Part shown: piece after piece, positions 11,371 to 24,748 of the stretch
Position numbering within the stretch: position 1 is the first letter of the stretch
Layout of the letters: each line of letters starts with the position of its first letter
Assembly: GCA_015680685.1 (NCBI GenBank)
Contig: MNCI01002250.1
Coordinates: 841,611 to 902,860 of the forward strand
Length of the DNA stretch: 61,250 nt
From: Gnetum montanum
Lineage: Eukaryota > Plantae > Gnetophyta
Direction: 5' to 3'
Made by a program: the position numbers and the translations under genes
The notes under the pieces: generated by a model
Database searches by the model: none
What the model was told of the DNA's origin: nothing
The model's input: the letters and a program-made list of their open reading frames with translations, nothing else

Positions 11371-12495
11371 TGATGAGTGGCGAGGTATCCCTACACTCCA
11401 CCATACGAATACGAGCGTACACGCGCGATTCGGTCGAACTCCGCAGACTAAATGCCTTAACGCCACAAGAAACACTTGGGGTTAATCGTTCGTTGTCTTC
11501 CCAGGCTTGCTTGTATGTGTCACGGTGTATGGTTAAGCAAGTCTGAGGTATGTGATTTTTTTGGTATTTTCGGCTTATCTTCTATGCTACCAGGAGAAAG
11601 GGTTGAGAAAACTAAACTAACTCTAACTAAGATCTAAGTCTAAATTAACTAGCGTCAGCATCCGTTCCCACTTGCCGGACACACCCTGAACTATGCAACT
11701 GCAGCTTACCAAACGCTAATCGTTACTGGGATCGCCACACGTAACGCAAGTGCTCGAAGTGGTCGTACTGAGGCACCTATTTAGCCTACGTGTGATAAGC
11801 AGCCGATTCCTTAGCCAGCCGTACACACCCGTGGGTGCTCGTAACTAAGTCGTACTTATCACACGATCTAGCCTAGCAATGAGCAGCCGATTCCTCAACT
11901 AGCCGTACACATTAGACCCGGGAGTTACCAAGCGCAGAATCCTGGAATACGCTACTGGGTTACCAAGCATCCAATGCTCGTAATTGAGTCGTACTCATGC
12001 ATTGCGTCAAGCAGCCGATTCCTTGACTAGCCGTACACGTCCGTAGACGCTCGTAATCAAGTCGTACTTGAACGCACTAGGAAAGCAGGAAATAAAGCAA
12101 TAAATGAAACCACGTTCTGCAAGGTTTATCCAAACAAGTTCATCTTTATTGCCGTACANNNNNNNNNNNNNNNNNNNNNNNNNNNNNNNNNNNNNNNNNN
12201 NNNNNNNNNNNNNNNNNNNNNNNNNNNNNNNNNNNNNNNNNNNNNNNNNNNNNNNNNNNNNNNNNNNNNNNNNNNNNNNNNNNNNNNNNNNNNNNNNNNN
12301 NNNNNCGGGCACATGGGGAAAAATTCTAACTCTGGAGTGATCAATCTGCCAGAGCTTCGCTACACTAGCCAGGATTGGGAAATGAAGGGAGTGCCGCCTC
12401 TTATTTATAGAAATGGCGGCTGGACGCGATATCACGTACGCGATATCGCAGGAGAAGACGCGATATCGTGGCCTAGTGTAAATCGCGTCTCATCA
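11371..12495 (-). mobile_element. Second younger LTR of the same family nested in element A gag; solo unless the N gap hides internal sequence
   Basis: TGATGAG...CTCATCA termini; perfect TSD CTGAT (11366-11370, 12496-12500); homologous to 8340-9222; contains an N run at 12159-12305. Confidence 0.9.
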
Positions 12496-15400
12496 CTGAT
12501 CCTTATAAATACTACGTTCAGCAGCTAGTCTCTCCACGTGACTCTTCTAGTCATGCTTCGTTTTCACACCACTACTACCTTATGGAGTACTAAAGAGCAC
12601 CTTCTAAAAGAGGGGAGTCTCCATTTCCTTTCTATCCTCCTCAAGATTTTTCCACTTCTACACCACCATCATCATCTCCTCTACCACTTGCTCCATCCAT
12701 AGAGGGTGAAATACTTGCCTAGCTATAGTAAAGAAATGCTATGAGGGCAATAAACTTGTAGTTAGCTCCTTAGCCAAGTGGTCATGAATCTAAGTTGTAC
12801 AAGAGGTCATTTTTCAAAAGCAATAGCTCCATGAAGCCCTCACAAACATTTTTAGTTGTTAACCCTACTACTCTAGCCTCTAAAAGTCCCATTGAGTAAC
12901 CTTCAAATCAAAGTACTTCCCAATTGCACACTTTCACGTTGATCCATGTGGTCACAAATTAGATCAAGGTTGGTTATCTTCCTAAGAAGAGATCTGACCT
13001 TGGGAGTCCTCTTATTTACCTGCAAATCATAGGGAATGAACCATGTAAGGCTCTTTTGGATTTAGGTTTTGGACTTAACTTGATTTCACATGAGAAGTAC
13101 AACGCCTAGAACCTACCTTCTTTGAAAAAGAGCAACATCATATTTGAGTTGGCAAATCAATCCATCACTATTCCTTTGGGATTGGTGGAAGAAATTGTGA
13201 CTACCGTTTGTGGATGGTCATATGCTACTGATTTCTTGGTGATCCATGTAGAGAATTGTAAATGGGACTTCCCTATCATTATGGGAAGAGTATGGCTAAG
13301 AACTATCATTACAAGGTTGGGGATTTGAGATCTTTTCTTTGAAATTTCTAAGGAAAATGAATTCAGAAAGATTGAGAAGAAAGGAGTTTCATGCATCACA
13401 TATAATGACATAGGGTGTCATTGCATGCAAAGACTATGGCCCATTAAAGGCACATCACTTCAAGCATGCAATTAGTGTCCAAAAATTCAGAGGTTCATGT
13501 ACATAGTAGCCATTAAGTAGGAAGGTACCTAGTGGTTGACAATAGATAATGAGGCTAGATCAACAATAGGCATGGAACTAACTAAGAGCCTCACCAGCTC
13601 ATATGTTGAAAGCATGAATAAGTTGGAGTAGCTTCATTGCCAAATCTCTGATGTGCAAAGTGAAATCGACTAGGGAGAATTGGAGATCCCTAAAAGCTTT
13701 AAGTAAGAGCCCCTTGAGTTAAAGGCTCTATTGGTAGGAATGGAACATGCATTTCTAAAAAATGGCAAGGAAATAATGATTAATGCTACAATTGGTCCTA
13801 CACAAAAGAAGAAATTGTTGGAAGTTATGAATAAATGGTGAACATCCTTCGCTTGGTCATATCATGAGCTAACCGAAATTGATCCTAGGATATGCTAGCA
13901 TATAATCTATATAGACTCTTCTATCAAACCAAAGAGGCAGTCATAAAGATGTTTGAACCCAAAACTTAAACAAATTGTCAAGGAGGGGATTGAACAACTC
14001 CTCAAGGTTGGGTTGATTTACCCCATTGTGGATAGTGAGTGGGCTAGCCCACTTGTTATTGTGCCCAAGAAAGGAGGAAAGTGAAGAGTTTGTATTGACT
14101 TTTAACTATTGAATATGGAAATTTACAAAGATCATTTCCCATTTTCATTTGTAAGCTAAGTGTTAGATACCAGTGTGGGGCATTGCTACTACAACTTTCT
14201 GGATGGTTATAGTGGCTATAACCAAATCTAGATCACATCAAAGGATCAAACCAAGATAACATTCACAAGTCCTTGGGGAAATATTACATATAGAAAGATG
14301 TCCTTTAGCCTATGCAATGCTCCTACCACATTTCAACATTTAGTCTTATGCATCTTCCAACAGTAGATCGGTAGTGGGGTAGAAGTCTTAATGGATGACT
14401 TCTCTACCTATGGGGCTACATTTAAGAAAACCTTGAATCAGCTAGAGCAAGTTCTTTAATGATGTGTGGAGATAAGCCTAAGGCTTAATTAGTAGAAAAG
14501 CCACCTAATGGTGCAAGAGGGCATTATCTTGGAACACAAGATTTTGAACAAAGGGATCAAGGTAGACCTAGATAAAATAAAGGTCATCCAAGGAATAGCT
14601 AGATAACTAGAAATTATAAAGATTTGAGGTTATTCCTTGGCCACTTTGGTTACTATAGGTGCTTCATTTAGAACTTCTCATAGATCACCAAGTTGTTGAT
14701 GAAGCTTATAAAGAAAGATGCACCATTTGTTTGGACCAAGGAATGTGAGAATGCATTCCAACAGTTACAATAAAAACTCATAGAAACTTCAATTCTATGG
14801 GTATCAGATTGATTTATGCCATTTCACATCATGAAAGATGTATCAAATTACACTTTGGGGGTCATGCTAACATAGATAGATGATCAAAAATGTCCATTCC
14901 ATTGTGCAAGTAGAAGCATTATGGGTGTACAACTCAACTACACCATCATTGAAAAGGAGCTTATGAAAATGGTGTACACGTTAGAGAAATTTAGGCACTA
15001 TGTGCTTGGATACAAAGTTTTTATGCACATTGACCATAGTGTCATTTAGTCCCTGATGAATAAGCTAATGGTGAGTCCCCATATCATATAGTGGTTCACA
15101 ATCCTCTAGAAGTTTGATTGAACAATGCTTGATCGAAAAGGGACTAAGAATGTGGTAGTTGACCACTTGTCTTAGTTAAGATGGGATAACAAAGAGGATG
15201 AGAGTCCACTATCTAGTCAATTTCCTCATGAACTTCTCTTTGCTGGTGCTATTAATATTCAGAATCCTAAAGAAACAAACTAGTATGAGCACATCCTTTC
15301 CTATCTACTCACACAAGATATGCCATAAGAGTGGAACCACAAGAAAAAATAATAGTTTCTTCATTAGGCCAAATACTTTATGGAAATCAATGGTAACCTC

Positions 15401-18400
15401 TACAAGAGTTGCATAGATGGCCTAATATGATGCTATGCCCTTGATGGAGATCAACTTTGAGTTCTCCAGGATGCACATGAAGGTCCTTGTGGGGGCCACT
15501 ATGTTGGGAGGAGGATGACTATTAAGATCCTCATGGCTAGGTATCATTGGCCTATAATCTTTAGAGATGCCCATCACTTCTTCCATTCTTGTGAAAAATG
15601 ACAATGTGATGGAGGGATGGCCACGAGCATGGAATGGCCTCAACAGTGGATCCAACCATGGGAGCCTTCTAATCTTTAGAGGATTGATTTCATGGGGTCT
15701 ATCAATCCTATGTCAAACGAAAAGACCTACATCATTGTGACTATTGATTATTGCACCAAATGGACTAAAGCCACAATCATCATTAACTATTCATCATCTT
15801 TGGAAGCCCAGTTTGTACAAGAAACTATTGTGAATAGGTTTGGTATGCCACAAGCACTAATTTCTGACAATGAAACACACTTTATGAGTGTCACTTTTTA
15901 ACAGCTCATGCAATTCTTGGGGGTTGAACATAAATTAGTAACTCCATATCACCCAAAAGCCAATGGTCAAGCTAAGGTCACTAATAAGAAAATTACCCAA
16001 ATACCAACACACATAGTTAGTATATATAGGAAGGGCTAGAGCAATAAACTCAACAATGCTCTTTGGGCTTATTATTCAATGTGGAAACTTCCTATTGGTT
16101 ATTCTCCCTATGGGATAGTGTATAGGAAAATTTCAACCCTTTCCATTCAAGTTGAGCTTTGTACACTTTTAATGGCCTGTGACCTTGACTTGGACCTAAG
16201 TCTAGCCCAAAGAGAAAGGCTAATGAACCTTAACACACTAGACGAGAATATATTAGTGGTCTTGTCATTGAATGAAGTGCACAAGGCACATAACAAACAA
16301 TGTCATGACCTTAGAATAAGGAGAGTAGAGTTTCAACTAGGAGATAAGGTGCTCTACTAGAACCCCATGCATGTACTTCAACTTACTAAATTCCAAACAC
16401 TATGGAACAACCCTTACATTATATATGAAACTTTCCCATTTAAGGTCATGATGATATACCATCCTAACAACCCAAATAAAAGATTATTAGTAAACATCCA
16501 ACAACTTAAACCTTTCCTAGAGACAAGAACAACTGATGACCAAGCACACTCAATCTTTCGGATCTCTCCCTTCCAACTTAGTTATGGGGGAGATGACCAT
16601 CCACGCTGAAATCCTATAAGTGGCTTCTTAGTTTTCCAACTTTTTTTACATCATTTTTCGTACGTTTTTTTCTTGAATATTTTACAATATTTTCTATATT
16701 TTTCTTTATTTGGATTTTCTTACATGTCTTCTTTTTCTTTATTGCCATCAAGAATTTAGAGTCAAACACAATTGCTGATTGATGATGGTGAATTAAATTA
16801 TAGTGCTCAAATTGATTACTTAATGATTGAATTTCAACATTGAGTTTTGACATTGATTAATGTAACATTGGTTTTTTCATGATATTAAGTAGTGAGCTCA
16901 TGTCATCCACCCATTCCACAAAAACTCTATGGTGTTCTTTGGTTTTAAAATAATGAGGTCCTTTCTAATAACAACTTTGAAAAAACATGTGATCTTGGTG
17001 CTCTCCAACCTTGGAACGAATCAAGTAGACTTGGCAAGGGTGTGACTTCAAGGAAATTGATCACCTTTTCTACCTACCTATTGTCTAGATTTTTGTGGGT
17101 ATTCTCATTGATTCCTCGCCATTCCTAATGTCAACCAATAACATGAAGCAATGGCTTTGCATGGTGTGGTTTCCATGAAAAAAAAATAACGTGGGAATTC
17201 AAAGCACATCCCTTAGAAGAAATAATGGGTTACAAGCATTGGTTATGGGGCGGGAAAGACATGCTACCCATGCCTAAAGGCATCCCTCTAACTAAGACCC
17301 TCTTCACTTCATGCTTATATTTTCTTCTCTATTTGGAATGATGGGTGATCTTTGGGGATGTTCATGAGCTCTAGCGGATCAAATGATCTCAAAGTGGGAA
17401 TGCAAAGTCATTGGAAGTGGATGGTCTTGATTCCAACTAAGCATGTGATGTTTCCAAGATCACCTTAATCACAAACTCCACAAGGACTTCATGTTTCTGG
17501 AATGAGAAGCTCCATTCCATTCTCTGTCTCATCATCACTTCATTCCATTTGCCATCTCATTGCCTATTGTCATGATTAATCACTGTGTTCATTATGACAT
17601 GTCTCAATTCTTTGGTGGATTCTTGGATGATTCAATTTTTAACAATTCATGACCATTAATCATCTATGGGAACCATGGACTCCTTGGTATGAGGGCATGC
17701 AAGGGCATTAGCTTACTATGGGAAGGATCTACTTGCATACTCGTTGGCTTGGATGATCAAATTTCCTATCCCTTAGTCATTTTTCTCTTGAATCTATTAT
17801 TTTCCACTATGAGACATCTAGTTTTTGCACTCCTTGGCATGCAATCTCCAGCCAAATTTCTTTTCCCAACATATTCTACATCCTCTTCAATGATTTATGC
17901 TTAATCTAGGCTATTTTGGCTTCCTCTAAACTCTAATTTCATTGCACAACTCTTTTTTAATCCTTAGTTTTTATATGTGAAAATTTTTATCTATGGTTGC
18001 ATCAATGCATCCCCATTGACGTAGCTTGATGCCTCATAACGCAAGGGAGTTTTGTAATTTTTAGAGCCTAGAGCCTTCTCGAAGCCATACCTTTCTAACT
18101 ACTTGTCCAACTAAACTTGTTTTTCAACCTTTGAGCTACTAAAGATGAGCTTTAAGTCATGGGGGCCACAAACTTATAGTTTATGTTAGAAAATTTTTCA
18201 AAATTTTTGTAACTCCCCAAGATTTAACTAATAAAATATTATTAAAATCTTCAATCTACACTAAGCTAAACCTCATCAACAAGCTTAGGTAGCTAAATGA
18301 ATAAAATAATTATAAAATAACCCATCTGCCATGATCACAACTAGCCTAAGTGTAACATTCTTAAATGAGAAAATGTATAAGATGCATTAATAGTTACATG

Positions 18401-18436
18401 TAAAACACTAATCCTAGGTTATGTCTATGATCATAG

Positions 18437-21180
18437 ATGACACCAAAGAGACCATAGGATGAGTGACCATCCCAACCAAGGGAGAAGCAGCCGCAAGGAG
18501 GAAGGGGCCAGTAGCCACAATAGCTCTAAGATTGATGGGACCTTTTTGGGAGGAGCCCAAGCTGGAATTTGTTCATAATATTTCCACAATAGAGACAAGC
18601 TAGCCAAGGAAAGACAAGGTATCAAGGCCTAGGACAAATTTTGAGGTGACATTGGTTAAGGCCTACCTTGAGTGAATCCGTTCCAAGGAGGTCCATAGTT
18701 TGATTCTTCAGGAACTTAACTTTGGTGCCTTCTTGGACTTGGCACTAAAGGAGGTTAAGACTCAACTACAAGAGTCCCCCATGTGGCCTATCCTCACTTC
18801 TAGTGGGGAGTGGTACATGGGGAAAACCTATCTTTTTTGGAATAACTGACAAGTAGACAATATCGTCAAAATCAAAGACACCAACATCTCTTATTCGGTT
18901 AAGGACATTATACAGGCCCTCAGAATGCTTGATACTATGGCAATGTTGGTAGATATCCCCATGCAAGAAAATCTAGAAGCAAAGAAGAAGTGGATTAAGT
19001 GATGCTATGGGGTAAGCCGTAAGAAGTATAGCACACTAACCAAGGTAGAGAGGATCTATTTCAAGATTGTGGCCTACCACATAAACCCAATAGTAAGGCC
19101 TATCAAAGTCACTACCTTCTTTACCCATGCATGTGTCACTCTAAGTGGAAAATTTCTCATTAACCTCCCTTAGCTCATCTTCATGGATATTGTGAAACAT
19201 TTTAAAGAAAACGAGTGAGGGAGGAAGACACTCTTCTTTTGGTGCTTAATTAGAAAACTTTGTAGAAGGGAAGGCACAACTTGTTATGCCAATGACACCA
19301 TCCATCATGCTCCTACCACTTCTTCACAGGAGATAATGAAGGACAAAGCACTTGCAAAGTTGCTTAAGGAGGAGTGGCCACCACCACCACCTATCAAAGA
19401 GACAATATCATAGGCTTATGTCACTATTGAGCACATGAGAAAATTTCATGAATAGATGATGCAATAGTAGAAAGGCAAGGCAAGTGGTGGGGACCCATTA
19501 GTCTACCAGCCAACATTGAGCCATCTCAACGTAGTCACTAGAACAATAAGTTGGCTAGAGGAGATTGCCCCACTATTTTCTAACCAAAGAATGCAAGGGC
19601 CTACAATATCAAATCCAAGTGCCCAAGAGGCTATGGTGTCCATCCCTGAGCAATAGAAGTTTCCCAAAATTTCTAGAAATGCCACAACCTTCTTAGTACA
19701 GTTGGAGGAGAATGAGGGAACTACCATCTTGGTGATGTAGCACCATAGGTAGGAAATAGCAATAGAGGTGGTGGCTAATAGAGTGTTTGAAGCACTAAAC
19801 ATTTTTGTAGTAACTATGCCAGAGATTGCTACACTTAGGAATGTACATGCTTTTGCAACAATGACAAGAGGGAGGCTAAGCACAACACAACATGAGGAAG
19901 TGTTAGACCAATTTGTATGGACTGGGCAACCACTTCTAGAGATCTTTAATCTCTTGAGGAAAATCACTGCAACCTAGTTGGAGCTACTGGAAACAAAAGG
20001 TAAGCTCATCATAGAAAACACCTAACTTGAGGTAGTTACTAATGAGAACTGATGGTTGGCTATCGAGGTGGTAGAGTTGAGAGCCTAACTAGTTGATCCT
20101 ATCATTCTTAGCCAAGCTATCACACAAGATGAAGGTGTCCTATAGCTTCAAAACTAATTAAAATAGGTTGAGAATGTTAAAGAGATAATGATTTTCGATG
20201 TGTCCTTATTGGAAGTTCTTGCTACCCACACCAATAAGGACTTGGTGCAAGTCCACAAGGAGAACTTGGCATTAATCAAAGACATTCATCACTTATGTAA
20301 TATTGAGGAACAAAAAGACCAGATGGTTGAATTTGTGAGACAATAGTAGGAGTAGCTTGCCAAGGTGAACATGGACTTGAGAAGGTTGCCAGTAGAAAAT
20401 AGAAATCTATCAATGAAGAAAGTCTAGGCACTTCACCAAAAAATAACCATTGAGGTAGCCACTTGGAAAAATGAGGCCCTAAAGTTCAAACATGTCAAAA
20501 ATCATTACAAGGACTAGGTAGGGCTCTTCAAGGAGATGAATGAGAAGGAGATTTAATTGGCCAAGGTGAAAATGAATGAGGCCCTCCAACAACTCCAGCA
20601 AAGAGGCAATGTATGAAAACTGATCTTTGATGGTCTAAATGCCTACAACAAAGTAGAGATCCACTTGAAGGTGTTGCAAATTGAAGAAATGACAGAGTCC
20701 ATGGAACTTGCCAACCTCTACTACATAAACTTGGTGACGTTGATAGTAGGAAGGCTAAGGTCAAAATTAGAAAAGTAGGTGGCCAACTTGGATCTCCTCT
20801 ATGAGGCCTAGTTCAAGTATCATAAGGACACCAAGCAGAAGCTAAAAATAGCTAATGCTAAGCTTGAATTTCTCAGGAGCTAATTCACAGACCAATGATT
20901 GGTTGTTGAGAACCTAGCCAGAAGGATAAATGACTACCATGAACTGCAAAACCTTGTAAGGATGCTCATTATGGAACATAAATAATTTGTAGCATGGTTT
21001 GTCAATGTGGAGGAGTTATTCTCGGTAATGCCCTGTCTGTGGGATGTCCCCATACCAGCCCACATTGGTGAAGTTGAATGCACTGTTGAATGTCTTTCAT
21101 CTTTCACTAGAAGTAGTAACTATAGCAAGACATTCATAGCCTTAGCCTCAACCACCATCACCATGAGCATCAAAGCCTAA
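18437..21180 (+). pseudogene. Degenerate extra 3' ORF (Athila env-like / plant transposon protein type) of element A
   Basis: Sense-strand region between integrase and the 3' LTR. Fragments align as protein with the same region in elements B and C (LQELNFG.FLDLA.KEV, INLP.LIF, CLIRKLC, VLDQ.VGT.Q.LLEI.NLL). The C-terminal half is E/K/L/Q-rich and coiled-coil-like. Confidence 0.7.
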
Positions 21181-21465
21181 TGGATGTCCTTTAGCATCTC
21201 AAAAGCCTCCACTTCCTAGCATTGTTTGATCTTTTGTTTGTCTTTAGTAATCAAAGGATTATTGTGGGTCATTTTTGTAAAGGGTGTTGAATTTTTTGGT
21301 CCAAGACACCCATTTTTGTCATTTTTATAAATCTATATAATTCAACACTCAAAGTCAGTTATTTTGAGTTTGTCAGTCAATAATTCCATACCTTTCTGAT
21401 TTTGTAAAGAGCTTGATCCTATTTTTGTTCACTCGAGAACGAGTTTTCATTTAGTTGTGAGGGTA

Positions 21466-22343
21466 TGATGGATCATTTGACAGGCTATATCAACAGGCAT
21501 GTGTTGACGCAACCTCGTCAACATAGCCTCATTGACGCATGGTTTGTCAATGCAGATGTGTTGATGTAATGTCTACTTTTGCCTATATAAATGCACATAC
21601 CCATCACATTTATGGCATGTTAAGTCAATAATGTAGCTAAACTCTTGTGATTTCTTTCTATCAGAGTTAGAGTATTTTCTAAGTTCCCATAGTAGGACTT
21701 CAAGGATTGTATGAATCCTTATTCGAATATCAATGTATCTGAACACTTTGATGTGCTAGCAATAAAGATGAGATTCTTGGAATTCCTTGCAACACTTGAG
21801 AATAGTTTAAATGTTTTTATTCATGCACTTGATTACTTATGCATTTTATATTCATGTCCTTAGTTAATTAATACATTTAATAATAACACATAAGTACGAC
21901 CGCCTCTAACATATCATTAACACTTGGTAATCCTAGTAGTGTTATCGCTTGGTTCATCCAGTAGCTTAACACATGGTAGCCTAGTAGCATTTGTAATGAG
22001 TTCAGGATGTGCATGGAAGGTGGGACTAGATGCTTATGTTAGGATAGTTATGTTAAACCATTAGATAGTTAATTAACTAATTTACAATTAATTACCTTTG
22101 TTTTACACTTAGCTTAAAACAAATAAAACATAAAATATAAATAAAAATCATGTGCCTTGGCTTACACTTAACCATACACTTGAACTTACACAAGTAAAGC
22201 CAAGAAGACAACAATCACATTCCTAAGTCACTATCTTTGCCCATCTGTGCATTTAGGGGCTAAGCCCATAGAATTTGACTAGATTGTTGGTGCAATGCTT
22301 GTGATTCATATGGTTGGGCATAGGGTCTACTTGTTGCTTATCA
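21466..22343 (+). repeat. 3' LTR of element A
   Basis: Preceded by the purine-rich tract; TATA-like CCTATATAAAT near 21582-21592; ends TTATCA, followed by ATGAT. Confidence 0.92.
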
Positions 22344-22348
22344 ATGAT

Positions 22349-22600
22349 CAAACCATCTGGGTATTATTCATAGTGTCTAGTTGCACATCTAGAATTTATG
22401 ACAATATTTAACCAACCATCAATGATTTTATTCTTGGTAATCAACCCACTTTGTTTACTTTCTTTCTTTATATTTGGAAGTGTCTTCAACAACTTGTTCT
22501 CTATTCTATTTGGAAGCTTCATTGTGTAGTTGTTTTCTACTAATAAGGGCATAACTATGATTTCTCTTCATGAGTTAAACAATTAATTTATTTATTGCAA
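22349..22600 (+). mobile_element. Related LINE remnant next to the element A insertion site; duplicate at ~58814-59030
   Basis: Homologous to the reverse complement of ~32950-33140; QLVLYSIWKLHC here and LVLYSIWNFRC in the duplicate. Confidence 0.4.
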
Positions 22601-23526
22601 TATTAACTTCCATTTGTTTTGTGGGTTCTTATTTTTATTACAACTTGTTTCTTATTTTGGATTGTTTCTTTCATTTTCTTTGGGAGAGTATTCTTCTTTT
22701 CTTTACAAGAGATGATAACTTATGATAGTGCTTCTAAACAAGGATAAATCTCGAAGCTTTTCCTACTCTAGAAGAGAGGTTTTTAGGATTGGTTGTAAAG
22801 ATTTATGTACAATAATTTCTTAAAAATTATTCATTTTTTTGGGTCTAACACCACCCTATGAGTTAGTTATCTTAATTCTTTTTTACTATTTAGTTCTGAC
22901 ACAATCTTAGACATTTGTCTTTATTCTTGCAAAATCTTATATCTTCTTTTTTATTATATTTTTTATCATCATTATCACATAGCCTTGTCTCAACAACATG
23001 GAGTCTACTATTTTCTTAAAATTTTTTATATTTTCTTTTTTCTTACAAATCATAATTTGATATTGTTTAATAGTTCGAACACATGAACAAACCCTTTGAA
23101 AGTATTTCCCAAAGCTACAATTAATTTCTACATTGCACATGTTCCATTTCTCTAGCATTGAATCAACCATTTTAGACCGTTGAAGGGCTTGTGTGTATAC
23201 TACATCCATGTGTTTGCAAAGCTCCACACTATGTCATCGTAGAGATAAGATAAACATATGCACAATTTGCTGACTCCTTCATACAATTACAATAATATAT
23301 ATCAGGGTGGGGCCTACTCATTAATTTTTGATACCACTTGCATTGACTTACATAGTCGATTCAAATTATTGAGCCCAAAAATCCTTGAAGTGAAATTTTT
23401 TGTTAGAACTGACACTAAATGACTATATGTACTCCTAGGAAATATAACCAACGTAAATGTTTTGTAGAAGTTATGTATAACTTTTATAATTTAGCACTAT
23501 TTAATTTTTGATTAAATCTTAATGAG

Positions 23527-23595
23527 GCATTAGTCCAATGGTAAGCGTCTTAGCATAGATAATTGATGTCATAGGTTGATTCCAAAGGGCAATGC
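23527..23595 (+). other. Degenerate tRNA-like sequence (pseudo-tRNA or SINE head); duplicate at 60083-60151
   Basis: A-box-like TAGTCCAATGG; B-box-like GGTTGATTCC (GGTTCATTCC in the duplicate); terminal GCATT/AATGC stem; no credible anticodon arm. Confidence 0.4.
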
Positions 23596-24482
23596 TAAGT
23601 TATAGACAAAAAGATTTTATAAAAGAAATGTTAACACTAGTATGGTTCAATAGAGCTAAAAGGATCTTAGTGGAAATAAGTAAAAATTTCATTTTAAGTT
23701 TTACTAATATTATACATTATAAGCAACTTGAAAATATAAAAAAGATATTAATTTGTCCAAAAATTTTACCACTTTAATACATGAGTTTGAGTGCTCTTAA
23801 ATTTGGAATCTTAAGCTTGTTGGAAAGATTGTTCTGCAATCTATAAGCTTGTAAAATTTTAGATCAATTAAAATTTATTTAATGATTCAAATATATCCTA
23901 AAAAGGGGTCTTGATTAAAACTATTTAGCAGTAAAAATAGAAATTGGTAATTTACATGATAAATATCTATGTGATCTAAAAGAGAGTTATGGAGGCAATG
24001 AATTTTTTTAACTATTGTATCTTCATCTTAAAATTATCTTAACTACATAAAGTTAACTAACAATGACCTATTACCTTAATGGTATAAGTCTTGGCTTGGT
24101 CATAAATTGAATTAGCATTTTTTTATAAACTATTATAAATCTTGAGGTATGTTTCAATAATTTAGGGTTCCAATAACCCCTACATAAAGTTCGTTTTTAA
24201 CTAACAACTGAATTTATATTAACATCCAAATCTTACATACCTTCCTTGCAAACCGGTTATATTTTAATTAATATCCGTCATTTGTTTCTCTCACGATTAA
24301 TAAAACACGCTGGCTACTTCTCAAACCCTGTAAAATGATTTTCAGAAGCAATCCATACTGCAATTAATTGCTGCATTGCACGTGCTGTTGACGGTTTTAT
24401 GTGCGGTGCAGTTGTAAAGCTTCGGTTATGTCCCACACAGAGATAAGATAAAGGCATAGCTTCCCTGACTTCTCCCCACAGT

Positions 24483-24565
24483 CATGGAAATATGTGCCGA
24501 TAAAACCATGGCGGGGCACCAAACAATCATGGAAGTATGTGCCGATAAAACCATGGTGCGGCACG
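24483..24565. repeat. 45-bp-period tandem duplication upstream of gene 2
   Basis: CATGGAA.TATGTGCCGATAAAACCATGG.G.GGCAC occurs twice. Confidence 0.85.
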
Positions 24566-24748
24566 GTCATTAACTTTTGGAAGAGGGTTGCATCGAAATA
24601 TCTGAAGTTCTGAAAATCCTCATACATTGACGCAAAACAATGGGCAAGACTTGTGTGAGTAGTTTTGAGCAGCGGATGCGGATTATCAGGGTTTTTGGAT
24701 GGCTGATATTAACCATACATTTATTTTTACCTGGCTTCTTATTTTAAA

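Larger units (their letters stand above)
8301..16609 (+). pseudogene. Disrupted gag-pol of element A, interrupted by two nested LTRs; start is approximate
   Basis: gag core ~10440-10690 (LRRQIQGWKQ...ESL...RYYSLLHRCPSH); protease ALLDLG ~13050; RT DSEWASPLVIVPKKGG ~14030, FLDGYSGYNQI ~14200, VLMDDFS ~14385; RNase H QLNYTIIEKEL ~14930; integrase HEGPCGGH ~15475, IDFMG ~15683, ISDNETHF, TPYHPKANGQ ~15940. Confidence 0.9.
7301..22343 (+). mobile_element. Full-length degenerate Athila-type Ty3/gypsy LTR retrotransposon (element A)
   Basis: Paired LTRs TGAT...ATCA (7301-8153, 21466-22343); near-perfect TSD TTGAT/ATGAT; decayed tRNA-Asp primer-binding site; purine-rich tract TTGTGAGGGTA before the 3' LTR; domain order gag-PR-RT-RH-INT plus an extra 3' ORF; many stops and frameshifts. 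Confidence 0.95.

Noticed and set aside
11795-12075. CRISPR-like interspaced repeats
   Set aside because: Eukaryotic context, inside an LTR with a TSD, spacers related to each other and irregular in length, no cas genes.
23527-23595. Functional tRNA gene
   Set aside because: The boxes are degenerate, there is no proper anticodon arm, and the two duplicated copies differ freely.
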